Origin: Octopus bimaculoides
Lineage: Eukaryota
DNA: 52,787 nt
Direction of reading: 5' to 3'
Assembly: GCF_001194135.2 (NCBI RefSeq)
Contig: NC_068981.1
Location: 149,253,042-149,305,828 of the forward strand
Shown here: positions 38,751-51,746 of the stretch, in pieces
Position numbering within the stretch: position 1 is the first letter of the stretch
Layout of the letters: every line of letters starts with the position of its first letter
The notes under the pieces: model-generated
Told to the model about the DNA's origin: nothing
Database searches by the model: none
What the model saw: only the letters and a program-made list of their open reading frames with translations
Translations under genes and position numbers: made by a program

Positions 38751-39285
38751 TGTAGCCTCGTTTATCACTGATTCATTCAGCACTTATCTGGGATAACACG
38801 GTACGCATAATTGTAAACCATATTACGCTTATTACGGATTGTCTGAGGTAACATAAATCAGCGATCAGTCGAAGGCTCTGCTTCTACCGCAAAAGACGTG
38901 TCCCAGCGACTACTCACAATATTCAGCTGCCGAGAATTCACAAACTATCTCTTGGGTTTACATGACCATGCTGCGAAGTTGCGTATCTTTTCATTTTCAT
39001 ACATTTTCACGTACTCGTACTTATCGACATAAGGCCAGCGAGCAGAAAAGATATGAAGGCGCTTGATACTTAACAATCGATGCAGACGATTGAATTTCCT
39101 ACAAGAGAAGGTAGCGATAAAAAAGCAAAACATGCGTGACAGATTCGTTGCTGTGGGGCGCGAGTTTGATATCAATGAATCTACCGTCTGTTCCATTCAT
39201 AAAAAGCATGATACTTTATTTATCACTAATTTATCTCATCACGGTGTTTCTTAAACACCTGCTCTCATGATAAACGAAGTTAATT
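38751..39285 (+). mobile_element. pogo/Tigger-like non-autonomous relic
   Basis: LQEKVAI...AVGREFDINESTVCSI.K resembles the CENP-B-type N-terminal HTH of Tigger transposases. Imperfect TIRs share TCGTTTATCA/TGATAAACGA. Confidence 0.7.
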
Positions 39286-39434
39286 ATGCATATATGTGTA
39301 TATGCGAAATATAAAAGTTTGTATATGTAAACAATGGTGGAGGCACGCCTACGTTAAATTTAAATTCATGCTTATACTTGAGGTGGCGGCGTAGTGAATA
39401 AGGAGGATGAGAGTGAAAGGTCGATGGTTTAAAG

Positions 39435-39744
39435 CAAGGGTCGAGGAACATTTTTAACCAATTACCCAAAATATATTTATTTACGCCAACCTTACACCCT
39501 TGATTTAAAAGGAAGAAAATCATAGATTCTTTTAATTCGAAAGGTTTATTGAATCTATTTATATGAATCTAATTACAAGTCTGTTACATTGGGCAGATGC
39601 AATGTTGCCAGAAGAAAAAATTCTGCCGTAACAAGGAACACGTTTTTCATATAATTTTGCTTATGTCTAATGAGTCCTCATTATCCCCAAGAATTTCATT
39701 TTTACCCCACTTGGGGTAATTTACCCCCGGTTCGTCGACCCCTG
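39435..39744. mobile_element. hAT MITE
   Basis: TIRs CAAGGGTCGAGGAAC / GTTCGTCGACCCCTG; 8-bp TSD gtttaaag/gtctaaag. Confidence 0.85.
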
Positions 39745-40158
39745 GTCTAAAGGAATGCTCGGCTATATGCTGTTAGGCGTTAACAATTACACTAAAGACC
39801 ACATTAGAAAATGTACTTCCATTAACGCCCCCAGAACACCTCTATAACCAACAACTGCTCCCACAAAACACCTGTACAATCATCACTGTGACTACCACTG
39901 ATATAACTCCTGATGACTCATTAACCATTTTCTTCGGTATATGTGATTGTGTGTGTGTGTTCGTATGTGTGCATGTGTAAACATTCCTGCATTTATGAAT
40001 GTGTATGGACTATAGGTACATATGCATTCACACCCTAACAGTACACACACATACGCAGTAATACAAAAACCAACTCCTACATGCATATTTAGTAGTGCTA
40101 AGATATCAAATAAAGCTAGAAACGTTTATATGTATAGTACAGTGCAGTGTATGTTAGC

Positions 40159-40191
<33 letters not shown>

Positions 40192-40849
40192 GGTACATAC
40201 ATGCATACATATACATATATACAGACACACACACGCACACACACATACACACACACATACACACACACATACACACATATATATAGTGTGTGTATGTGTG
40301 TGTGTGTGTGTGTGTGTGCCTCTGTGTGTGTGTGTATGTGTGTGTGTGTGTGTGCCTCTGTGTGTGTGTGTGTGTATGCGTGTACTTGCTATCCAGTTGA
40401 CATTATGCAGGGGCAGGTTCCAATGTTTGCAGGCATTAATAAAAAACAGATTTCTCAATGTTATTTTGAATGCTATTGATTGGATTTATGCCCAGAACAT
40501 GTCTGTTGATTTCAGAAGAACTAATGAATAAATCTAAGAATCGAAGAAACACGAAAACGATGCTACCGGATGAAATAGAGGCAGGATGACTAAGAAGAAG
40601 GATGAGGTGGGATGGAGGTGGGTGTAAACATAATACCCATACACCATATGCTGCCATTCAGTTGAAACATCCTTACTCTACATGGTCATATAATCTGCTA
40701 GAAATAGCAGCCAAATGTATTTAAAATCACATCTGTTGCCTTAATAATGAAAATGGCAAATTGAAGAAGGTAGTCATACATGGGACTTTTCTTGAACTCA
40801 ATATACAATGGTCACAACTATGAACTCCTTTAATTACAATTTTATTCTG

Positions 40850-41139
40850 ATGGAGCCCCCATAGCCATTCAATGTTTATAAACTAGTTTTATAGAAACTT
40901 TGAAAATTCCTATTTTGTTTTACACACATTGACTTGCGTAGGTTGAATTATGTAAAATGTTAGAGAAAGAAACCTGGCTGTTTCTTGCAATACATACCAG
41001 TAGATACATTTAAATCAAACATTTTTCAAGAACCCATAACATACTATTGTGAATCTTAAATTTACAATATTGTTGTGTGGACCTCCAAAATCTTATATGG
41101 ACCCTCAAGAGTCATATGGGCCCCGGTTGAGAACCACTG
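40850..41139. mobile_element. Partial inverted copy of the 6956-7296 MITE family
   Basis: Reverse-complement similarity to 6961-7230; ends GGTTGAGAACCACTG. Confidence 0.8.
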
Positions 41140-42393
41140 ATCTACGATGTCCGCTTGGCAGCAGCAGTAGCAGCACTAACTTCTGTATATGTATGAGTAG
41201 TAGGTCTTACTTGAGCTTTTTAGAAAGTTAATAATATATCAGCTTTGAAATATTTCTTAGAACTAACAAGAAGCCCTACACTTTGTGTTGATGTTTTGGC
41301 AATGTTATGTTTGTAAGATCGTCAGAAATCAGAAATTGCGAGGCCTATTATATGCAACTATTTTCTGGGATTTAACTGAATAAAAATTTAGGCCATGCAG
41401 GTTTGAAAATACCTCACGGAATGACGACCGTACCCTGCATAGTTACGGGATGCTCTTTAGCAAGACATAGCGCCCGTTCAGCTACCCTACCAAGAATATG
41501 GCAAACTCATGGGACTGCAGATTGGCAGATTGGGAAGAGGTAGCGGAAGTCAACTGAGCCAATGGAGATTCTTGCATTGATGCTGAGCGGAGGAATCCTG
41601 AAAAATCAACAGTCAGGATCACCAATCTGTATCAAGGGAGTAACTGCAACGCATCCATAGGAGTGGCGTTTACAGTTGTGTAATCATCTAATGGACGATT
41701 CATTTTGACTCAAGATCCCACATCAAATTCATATGAATAATAGATTTGGATGGCGACAAAGAGTTACGGGAATCCGTCCAAGCAACCCGATCGGATATAT
41801 ATNNNNNNNNNNNNNATATATATATATATATAGTTGAATAATGTTCATGACTATTGGAGGTGAATCTGAAAGACCTCCTGACTATTTGTAAGGACCGAGT
41901 CTCTGAGTCGCTTTAAGAGATTAGGCGGTTCATATCCTCTTTTAAAGATGCTCTCAAGCTTACTGTTAATTGAATTAGTGATGTTGAAGGCGAAGCCTTT
42001 AGTAAATGAAGAGGCTCTCTCTCTCTCTCTCAACTGAATTCTTTGCGAACAGAGCTGTCTGGATTGAAAAATGTTAATATGTTGGCGGATTCTACAAAGT
42101 TGGGCAGAGAAAGCGGTGATACAATTTTTAGAGGCGGCAGAACTGGTAGCTATATGATGCAAATATATATATGTATATGAAGGCAGACCACTTAAGGGTG
42201 AAATTTCATTAAACTGATCCAGCACTTCAATGATTTGATTCGCCTAGAAGAATAAAAATCAAACTAGGGACTATAAGGATTTGAATCTATAACATAAATA
42301 AATGTAAGTGTCACGAGCTATTTTGTCTGGGTCTTTGTCAAGTCTGCCATCCTCACAAGTTATTTCTTTTATATATGATGAAATTGTACTCAC

Positions 42394-42547
42394 TGGAAAC
42401 CTTCTGCCGTCTGATTGGTTACACTGCATGGATAGAGGCGAAATCTCGTAGAGTTTGTTAAGTAGGTGTGAGGTTAAAGGCGTCCATCTGACGGAGTTGT
42501 AGCTATTACGGTAGCCCTTGGATAGATCTATTTTATCAACGTCCCAT
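42394..42547 (-). CDS. Tbh: Tbh/DBH exon, 154 nt, phase 2-0: (R)WDVDKIDLSKGYRNSYNSVRWTPLTSHLLNKLYEISPLSMQCNQSDGRRFP
   Basis: Acceptor TTCTTCCTGTTGCAG, donor GTGAGT. The phase matches the previous exon (AG|A = Arg). W....L..LY..P.SM.CN.S..RF motif of the DBH/TBH C-terminal region. Confidence 0.93.
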
Positions 42548-43246
42548 CTGCAACAGGAAGAATTTGAGATAACGTTTGAAATGTGGCAGAAAATACGACG
42601 CGAATAAAACGTTATGGAAAATAGAACAGAGAACAGAACATAAAAAATAGGACATTGACGAAGGGCATAGAAAGTAGGACATCGACAAGAGGACAATAAG
42701 TAGGACGTAGACAAAGTACATAGAAAATAGGACACAAAGAGTAGCATATACACAACAGGACAAAGAATTTGAAAAAAGATGTGAATAAACAAAAAAATCA
42801 GTGGAATACAATTTTTGTTTCAACAAAAGGATCAATTGCTGCTTAACCTCAATTCAAAGCTGATCGACTAAACCTGTGGTCATAGTAAATTAAAAAGTGA
42901 CCATATCGATTCTCTTTTCAGACGTAGACTTTACGAGACTATATAATCCATAGTGCCCTTCCATGGAGGACGGTAGATTGATTACCTCCGTGGAAGCTCT
43001 CACGATGGATTGATCTCTCCGCAAGTTGAATAAAAATATCATTATAAATAAGTTTTATAACTTTTACGAGGGCCTTTAGCGCATTAGCAATGTGTGTTGA
43101 AATAGGTTGTTATCTCTAATATTTTTGTATGCGTATATTTTCCGTTTGTTGTCTTTTGATTTAATTCTGAAAATATCATTTATGTAACGCACGCACACAT
43201 TAATTATATATATACCATATATATGCATACTGTTTATATATATAAT

Positions 43247-43320
<74 letters not shown>

Positions 43321-45010
43321 CACAGTTTAAAATAGATCGATTTTCCATGATACGGGCTATTCTAAATACATTAATGATTGTAATACTTGTAATTTGAAAC
43401 CCTATTTCTAGCTATTGTTCAGCACCAAGTCAGACCTCATCTAGAAGACATTTGATGAACGACGTTCCAGTCGTGACCATAACAATTTTCGTCTTTCATT
43501 ATATCAGCTAATTTAGCTTCTTTTTTTAAAAATTTCTTTTAATAGAGAAGTTGGTAATAATTTGCAAGTACAGTCATTTGCTATATCAAGCAAGTCAAGA
43601 TAAATAAGATAAGGAAACATTGCTAGCAGCGAACTCGTGAAGCAATTTCTTAATAAGTATTAATAATTTTCCCGTCAACTCGTTATGTGCCCCTTACGAA
43701 TCTTGTGTGGTCTAATACTAGCTTCAAAGTTTGGTACAAGGCCAGCAATTTCGAAGAGGGAGTAGAGACGGACGAAGCGCCACTAAGCATTTTGCTCGGC
43801 GTGATAACGATTTTGCTAGCTCGCCATCCTGTGCAGGGTAATATTAATTCGGAAGATAAACACAAGTGTTATATTTGGGAGAGATTACACACACACTCAC
43901 AAACGCGCGCGCACACACACTCACAAACGCGCGCATGCACACACATACACACGCCCACACTCTGTTTTTCATACTTTCTAGACATTTAGAAACCTGTATA
44001 TGAGTATGTATATGTGTACATGTTTTACCAATATTCGAAAGGATAAAATGCAATGTCGGACCAACGAAGTAATGAAAATCCTGTTTTCTCAAAATAATAT
44101 GTGAATATATATCGGATTATAAAATATCGTGTTAGTTTTAAAAATTAGAATAAAAGAATAATGGGACTTAAATAAGGTTTTATCATATCAAAGTTATGTC
44201 CCTTGTTTTAGTAATCTTTTTTTTCTTCGTTTTAGCATTGTGCGAAAGATAAAGAATTAGGTTGAAAGGGGCGTAGCAGCACATTACCGTTGGAGAAGTC
44301 TATCTAGCCGTCTTCCATCGAGGTAAATTAATCAGAAAGGCAGAAGTTGAGGTTTTAATCACAGAAATGAATATAATTACATCCGAGCACAATCACCTGA
44401 TTCCGCTGGTCAACGAAACCATTTGAGAGAAACTGCATTAATGAAGACAGTACGGGTAGATTTTACCTGTTCTTGAATAGTAGGCCCTTTTGGATCAACG
44501 ATATTGATTCTATCTGCAGGTAGGAGTGATTTCAGAAAATATTACAAAGAAACAATGTTTTGTGAAGGAAGAGCTGGACATAGTAAGATGCTGGTAGTAA
44601 CAGAAGTGACAAGAAGGCAGTGGCGTAACTAGAGTGTGTACCACTGGGTTCAGCCCTTGACTTTGCCTCTCCCTCTCCCGAGCCCACAAGCATATACAAG
44701 GCTTATACTGCAGATTCAAAAATGCCGTCCCCACAAAAGTCGCCTGGGGTGGATCTCACCACACGCAACCTTCTAGCGACGAGGAGGGGAAGAGATAAGA
44801 CAGATAAGCCAAGGAGGAGATGGTATTAGTCCAGTTAGCTATGAGGAGCTAAAGTCTTTCCGGTAGCGGTAGAAGATGCAGAGAGATAAGAGAAGGCAAC
44901 TGTAAAGTGTTTGTGAGTGGGTGTGTAACAATCAACCATGTCACTGTAATACATAAAAAAATAGCAATACATTATACAAAACGAGTTTAATGTAATATGT
45001 ATTTGGTTAC

Positions 45011-45138
45011 CTTCTGATAAATTCGAACCATTTATTTAGCGTTTTCGTTTCAATAGAGCTTTTGCAAACTTCTAGATTCGTATTCGGGTAATAATGTAAA
45101 TAGCTAACACACATCTCATCAGTTATAGCAAATCCACC
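45011..45138 (-). CDS. Tbh: Tbh/DBH exon, 128 nt, phase 0-2: GGFAITDEMCVSYLHYYPNTNLEVCKSSIETKTLNKWFEFIR(R)
   Basis: Acceptor TTTTTCTATTTTCAG, donor GTAACC. GGF..xEMC..Y.HYYP..LE.CKS motif with the CuM Met ligand. Not in the ORF track. Confidence 0.96.
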
Positions 45139-46075
45139 CTGAAAATAGAAAAATTAGCAATTTATTTAGCATTCAGTTGAATATTGATTTCATTTGTTAA
45201 TGTTAGAAACACTCGTAGTCACATTCCGCCCCCTCTTGGATATCACAGCTGACTACAATGTAAATTTTTTCTCGTTTTCTAATGGTGGAATGATCATTAT
45301 TTCAAACAATGTTGCTTAATTTTCATTAGTCCCATTCACCTCGATAAAAATCGCCACCCCGTTGACTTACTTCTCTATTAGAGCAATGAACTTACAGGGT
45401 TAATAACCATAATCTTTATAAATAATACAAGCTTGCAGAAGAACGCAGTTCAAATATTGTTATGACTAGAACTAACAATTATATGGACGCCATATGCAGT
45501 GTGAAAATAAAATTTAACAGCTTCACACAAGGAAAACTGAGCTCAGACGCAATACATTCACGTTTTGGTATTGAACGTGTGTAAACAATACATAATTACT
45601 AACAAACATGTTCGCTCGTAAATAGAGAGAATAAAAACAAAAACAAAACAGTTCTTTCTTTCATTTCTAAGAGCAGGATAACAAGAAAAGGGGTATACAT
45701 TTTCACTGATAGCAGTCTGGTCAGGTGTTATCAAGGTATGTCTTTGCAACCACGCAGTTTCCTGTTTAGTCCCATTGTGAGATACTTTAAGCTGCTATAG
45801 TCCTGGATCAAGCAATTTGCTTACTCTGGGGCCATAGCAGTCAAAAGTAAGTGAATATGCTAGACAGAGACTGCATAAAAACCCTTCGTATACATACATA
45901 CATATATACATGTGTGCACACACACGTACATACACGCATACACACATGCATACACACATACGTAGTGATTCCGCGTAGTCATGATGGTACTAATAACCCG
46001 TTACTGGAACTTCAATATACTTCAAACACAGTAAATTAATGAAACTGATTACATAACGCCTCTTATCATTTATTT

Positions 46076-46077
<2 letters not shown>

Positions 46078-46158
<81 letters not shown>
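46078..46158. repeat. (TATC)n microsatellite; also about 26320-26375 and (GATA)n 46500-46583
   Basis: Direct reading. Confidence 0.95.
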
Positions 46159-46159
<1 letters not shown>

Positions 46160-46550
46160 AATATAATATAGGATAAATTCTTTATAAGAATTTATCAAGT
46201 AGTCAGCGTGAAAAAACCTCATAATGAAAAAATAACGAAAAATTTCGTAATGAAAAGATTCATCGTTTCTCCATAGATATATTTAAATATATATNNNNNN
46301 NNNNNNNNNNNNNNNNNNNNNNNNNNNNNNNNNNNNNNNNNNNNNNNNNNNNNNNNNNNNNNNNNNNNNNNNNNNNNNNNNNNNNNNNNNNNNNNNNNNN
46401 NNNNNNNNNNNNNNNNNNNNNNNNNNNNNNNNNNNNNNNNNNNNNNNNNNNNNNTATATATATATATATAGGTAGATAAATAGATAAATAGGTAGATAAA
46501 TAGATAGATAGATAGATAGATAGATAGATGGATAGATGGATAGATAGATG

Positions 46551-46585
<35 letters not shown>

Positions 46586-46995
46586 TTCTGTGCGATTTGT
46601 GCCTGTATTTGTCCCACTCCGTTTGATTACCGCTGTTGTTTTGTTTGCTATCTTGTAGCTGAACGATTCGGCTAAAAGAGACCTGCAGAATATATACCAG
46701 ACTTGAAGATAAGAGCTGGATCGATTCATTAACTCGGTGGTCCAGCATAGCCGCTGTCCAATGATGGAAACAAGTAAACGAAAAAAAAAAGAAGAATTAT
46801 ATTCATTTCTAACAATGTTATGAAGTCCGTGATGCTGTTCGGGGGCGGGGGCAGTTTTGAGTGCTGGCGTTGTAGTTCATTAGCGCATATTTCTCTCTTC
46901 TAATTCCCTTAATTTGCTACACAGTTGTGAATACTTATCCCAGACCACGACAATGATAGTTACATAACAACTATTACTTTCATTATTGTTTACCA

Positions 46996-47485
46996 GACGG
47001 TGAGCCAGAAGAATCGTAATCGTCGGCACTCCATATATAATGCTTGCCGGTATTTCGCCAGCATTTGTATTCTGAGTTCAAATTCCGCCGGGGTTGACTT
47101 TGCATTTTATCATATCGGGACGATAAAATACGTACCAGTTAAACACTGGAGTCGATGTAATCTACTAGCCTCTCTCCCTACGAATTTCAGGCCTTGTGTC
47201 TATAGTAGAAAGGTGGCGAGCTGGCAGAAACGTTAGCACGTCGGGAGAAATGCTTAACAGTATTTCATCTGCCGTTACGTTCTGAGTTCAAATTCCGTCG
47301 AGGTCGACTTTGGCGCAACTGGTACTTAATTTATCGACCCCGAAAGGATGAAAGGCACTGGTATAATCGACTTAATCCGTTTGTCTGTCCTTGTTTGTAC
47401 CCTCTATGTGTGGCCCCTTGTGGACAGTAAAGAAATAAGAAAGGATTATTATTATTATCACTATCAAGGTGGCGAGCTGGTAGTA
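46996..47485 (+). mobile_element. Tandem or nested SINE copies
   Basis: AGGTGGCGAGCTGGCAGAAACGTTAGCAC head at 47211 plus flanking partial copies. Confidence 0.82.
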
Positions 47486-47886
47486 ATGACCAGCACATCT
47501 TTTACATAAACTTAGTGCATTTATGATTTCATTTTGAAAAACGTAAGGCTATTTTGAGGGATATTTAGCTAGTATTTCTAACATGTTCAGCAGTCACGTA
47601 GTGGACCTCACATGGCAATCGTACACTGTAAGTTATGCTGTATCGTAATGTGCAAAACATTCCCTGTAGCCTTTAGCTCGAAACACTACGGAATAAAACA
47701 GGTTAAACTTGTAACTGATGCAGTACTGAACAGATAGGAAAGTATCAAGTAATTTAGTGCGCAGCTAGAATTCCTTGACCGGAATGACCCCCAAAGCATT
47801 CACCTAATATGTAGAGTAAGAAACACCGAGTTCCTTATAAACAACTTTCACTCTAGAATTTTCTTTTATTGTTATCTTTTTGTCGT

Positions 47887-48272
47887 GGAGACGCAATAAC
47901 CCAGATGTTACGGCAGTGGACTCACGGTCATAGGATCGCGGTTTCGATTCCAAGACCGGGCGTTGTGAGTGTTTATTGAGCGAAAACACCTAAAGCTCCA
48001 CGAGGCTCCGGCAGGGGATGGTGGCGAACCCTGTTGTATTCTTTCACCACAACTTTCTCTCATTCTTACTTCCTGTTTCTGTTGTGCCTGTAATTCAAAG
48101 GGTCAGCCTTGTCACACTTTGTCACGCTGAATATTCCCGAGAACTACGTTAAGAGTACACGTGTCTGTGGAGTGCTCAGCCACTTGCACGTTAATTACAC
48201 GAGCAGGCTGTTCCGTTGATCGGATCAACTGGAACCCTCGACGTCGTAAGCGACGGAGTGCCAACAGCAAAC
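47887..48272 (+). mobile_element. Near full-length tRNA-headed SINE, third family
   Basis: A-box/B-box-like head (GGTTTCGATTCC), about 390-bp body and CAACAGCAAA tail. Confidence 0.72.
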
Positions 48273-49499
48273 ATCTTTTTGTCACAAAGGAAGGCAGGTC
48301 ATGTGATCCTTCCCAGGGTCTCTGAGACTAACAAGACAGTGGTAGTAGATGTCCTCAAACTGTAGATCTGATCTGAACACTGAAGGTCCCCAGTGTGCCA
48401 GGCGGTGGTGCCACATCGGGTGACGGATGAAGTAGGTTATGGCGAGATTTGAACTCAGAATTCAAACAAAAGGCACAAATATCGCCAGGCATCCAGTCCA
48501 ACGGTCTACAGTCCCACGATTCCATTACTTTGATTTGATACTTATTTCGAAAGGAAGAAAGTAAAGTTGACATTAGCGTGATTTGAACTCAGAGAGCCGA
48601 CAGTTAGTTAGTCGCAGAATAATTACAGCTGTTTTCACCTATCTACATAGTCATCCAAACTTAGATGAAAGGGATGAGATTACTAACTTTGCCCTCTGAT
48701 CCGACTGAGACCAATATTGATTACTTAGGGCAGATATCCAATTATGTAGAAGTGTGAAAACGACAGAAGTAACCTAGTGCAATACTCCAATTTATTGATA
48801 TTGACAACAGATTTTCGATGACAAGAAAAGTTAATTCTGATGGTATATGACCGAGAAGGTTGAAAATAAGCATTAATGTGTCTTACATTACCATAGAATC
48901 AGAAATATATTGTGGCTGTTCTAGCTAATAGGTTGTATATATATATATACACTCAATTATGTTTTAGCTATTCGTTTTATCTTTGTGGTAAAGTTGAACT
49001 CCGGCAATGTCTATACACATATAGCTAGTAAACCTAATTAAATAATGTGAGAAATTTTTCACGGTGCCCTAAGGATTCTACGAACGTATCGCCCTACTCA
49101 ATACAAAAACTAATTTCAGAGTATTAGATATTTATATTGTTTGTAGTTTATTTTGTATGTGTTTCGGTACACACAACGACATATTAAACAAACAGCAATT
49201 ATAGAATAAAAGTTCTGTTGTCAATTTTGCAGTTTTACCTCCCGAAGTCAACAAAATGAAATCTGGTTAATCATTGATATACATCCTTCTACTTCACTTC
49301 CCGTCCTCCTTTCTCTACCTCTATTCCTCTCTCCTTGTAGATCAGCTACGTTCCGACAGGACTCTCACTAAATCCCTTTCCGGAAAGGATTGTGTGAACA
49401 GGTGGCAAAATTTTCTTCCTTACACAACAATTATGCAATATATCACAAAACAAAAATGAAGAATACAAAATAATGATAGGACAAATGTATTGTACTTAC

Positions 49500-49559
49500 A
49501 ATTGTGGCGTTTGATCTCTTCTCCGTGTTATATTCACATTCAATGACCATCGAATCTCC
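49500..49559 (-). CDS. Tbh: Tbh/DBH exon, 60 nt, phase 0-0: GDSMVIECEYNTEKRSNATI
   Basis: Acceptor CTCTTTCATCATGTAG, donor GTAAGT. Continues HILP|GD in frame and matches DBH GDVLITSCTYNTEDR. Not in the ORF track. Confidence 0.93.
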
Positions 49560-50093
49560 CTACATGATGAAAGAGCGATATACAAATATCTTAGCTTTGA
49601 AAATTTTAATATTTACGTACATGAAATTTTAAGCTCGTTTTAACAATAACGTTTATTTTTTAAACATCAATTTATTACTTGACAAGGTCTCTAATGGCAG
49701 TCATTAATTTCACTTTGGAAGCACTTGGTGGCAGGTTCAATCCCGTAACGTGGTACTTTGAATAAGCTTCATTAACCAAAGTATTGAGTTGACCAATTCC
49801 GTATGACAGGAATTTAATTGTTAGTATATCGAAGGTATAAAGAAGTCTGTCGTACACACACACACGTAATTTAGTTATAAGGATTCGGTAGAACCAAGGC
49901 ATATCAACATCTAGGACGCCAGAAATGGCTAGGTACGATAACAAAAGAGCTCACAGTTAGGTAAATAACATTGAAGACATCAAGTATTGGTAGGATACTG
50001 TAGATATGTAAATATAAATCCAGTTTAAACTTTAGACCTGACTTTTGCCTTAGTCTGTGTTGTTGAGTAGGTATATAAAACGTAAAGAAAATG

Positions 50094-50382
50094 GCGTTAA
50101 AATTTACGACAGATGTCTCGGTAGAATTCAGTTAATGCATTCATAGAAAATTACATCATAACATAGAATCAACCATCATCGGGTAAAAATTTTAAACAAA
50201 TAAGATCTCAAGCAGGTGATTTGTTCACATTGGTTTTGTCCAGATTGATAAAAGAAATCTTGCTTGATAGAAAACTTAGTTGTTTAAAATTTTACCTGAT
50301 GATGGGGGATTCTATGTTATGATGCAATCTATGAATGCATTAAGGAACTTCTACTGAGACAGGTGTCGTAAATTCTAAACGC
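50094..50382. repeat. Long inverted repeat, about 120-bp arms and 45-bp spacer, foldback/MITE-like
   Basis: 50094-50214 aligns by eye to the reverse complement of 50259-50382 at roughly 85% identity. A third partial arm lies at 50786-50820. Confidence 0.88.
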
Positions 50383-51083
50383 TACTTGTGATATATATGT
50401 ATGTATATATATATACATACATACATACATATATGTATGTATGTTTATATATATATATATATATATATATANNNNNNNNNNNNNNNNNNNNNNNNNNNNN
50501 NNNNNNNNNNNNNNNNNNNNNNNNNNNNNNNNNNNNNNNNNNNNNNNNNNNNNNNNNNNNNNNNNNNNNNNNNNNNNNNNNNNNNNNNNNNNNNNNNNNN
50601 NNNNNNNNNNNNNNNNNNNNNNNNNNNNNNNNNNNNNNNNNNNNNNNNNNNNNNNNNNNNNNNNNNNNNNNNNNNNNNNNNNNNNNNNNNNNNNNNNNNN
50701 NNNNNNNNNNNNNNNNNNNNNNNNNNNNNNNNNNNNNNNNNNNNNNNNNNNNNNNNNNNNATATATATATATATATATATATATACCTGTCTCAGTAGAA
50801 GTTCATTAACGCATTCATAGAATATCTATATGTATACATATACATACATACACACACACACACACATCAAAGACTTTCCGTATTCCCGAGCGTCATACTA
50901 ATATATACTTTTGTTATTTACACCACCTGTCCTCGTCTGTTGTTATTATTTGTATATTCTCCCATATATATGTATGTATATATATGCACATATATATGCA
51001 TATACACATATATTCATATATACATATCTATACGTATACATATATATATATATGTATACACATGCATACTCCCCACACGCGCG

Positions 51084-51138
<55 letters not shown>

Positions 51139-51277
51139 ACAGATGTATGACGTTTAAGTAATTTGTGCAGTATTTGCTCTGCTCCGTGTTTTACAGAATT
51201 GCAATGTTTTACTCCTTACCTTTTACAAGCAAATTTAGAAGTTGTTTTGGATAAGACACAAACGAAACTGCTAACGT

Positions 51278-51400
51278 TTATTATTTTTTTTTATCGCCCT
51301 TTCAAAGCCTAGCCAGGCTCATGGGCCCGGTTTCCCGGTTTCTATGGCGTATGCGTCCCCCCTCCCCATCGCAGCTGGACGGGACGCCAGTCCATCGCAG
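51278..51400 (-). mobile_element. SINE 3' fragment
   Basis: CTGCGATGGACTGGCGTCCCGTCCAG core and an A-rich tail on the minus strand. Confidence 0.55.
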
Positions 51401-51643
51401 AAATGTTTATTATAACTTGATCAAAATCAGTATGCAGTAATGACGGAAGTAAAAATAGAATTAAGCTTTCAACCTCCTAGAAATAGCTACTATATCTTCC
51501 TCAGATTGCACCAACCAACTTAAATAAAATGGACAGCTTGGATGATGTACGCTTCAATACTCAGAAACTGAAAACATGGAAGGATATTCACCGCTATGTA
51601 TACTTTATTATAGGCCTTCCTGAGCAGACCTGTGCTCTACCTC

Positions 51644-51679
<36 letters not shown>

Positions 51680-51746
51680 AACAAGTGCCGTAATTTTTCT
51701 TAAAAGAAAACTGTGCACTGCATTTAGTTGAATGGCGTCTACTAAC

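Noticed and set aside
41370-41800. GC-richer stretch resembling a decayed LINE ORF
   Set aside because: Stops in the frames I translated and no diagnostic motif.
42271-42393. Read-through of the Tbh exon frame into the intron for about 40 codons
   Set aside because: The strong GTGAGT donor and a conserved downstream exon explain the structure; an open run of this length is expected by chance.
42640-42770. Degenerate AGGACA-core repeats
   Set aside because: Low-complexity intronic minisatellite with irregular period.
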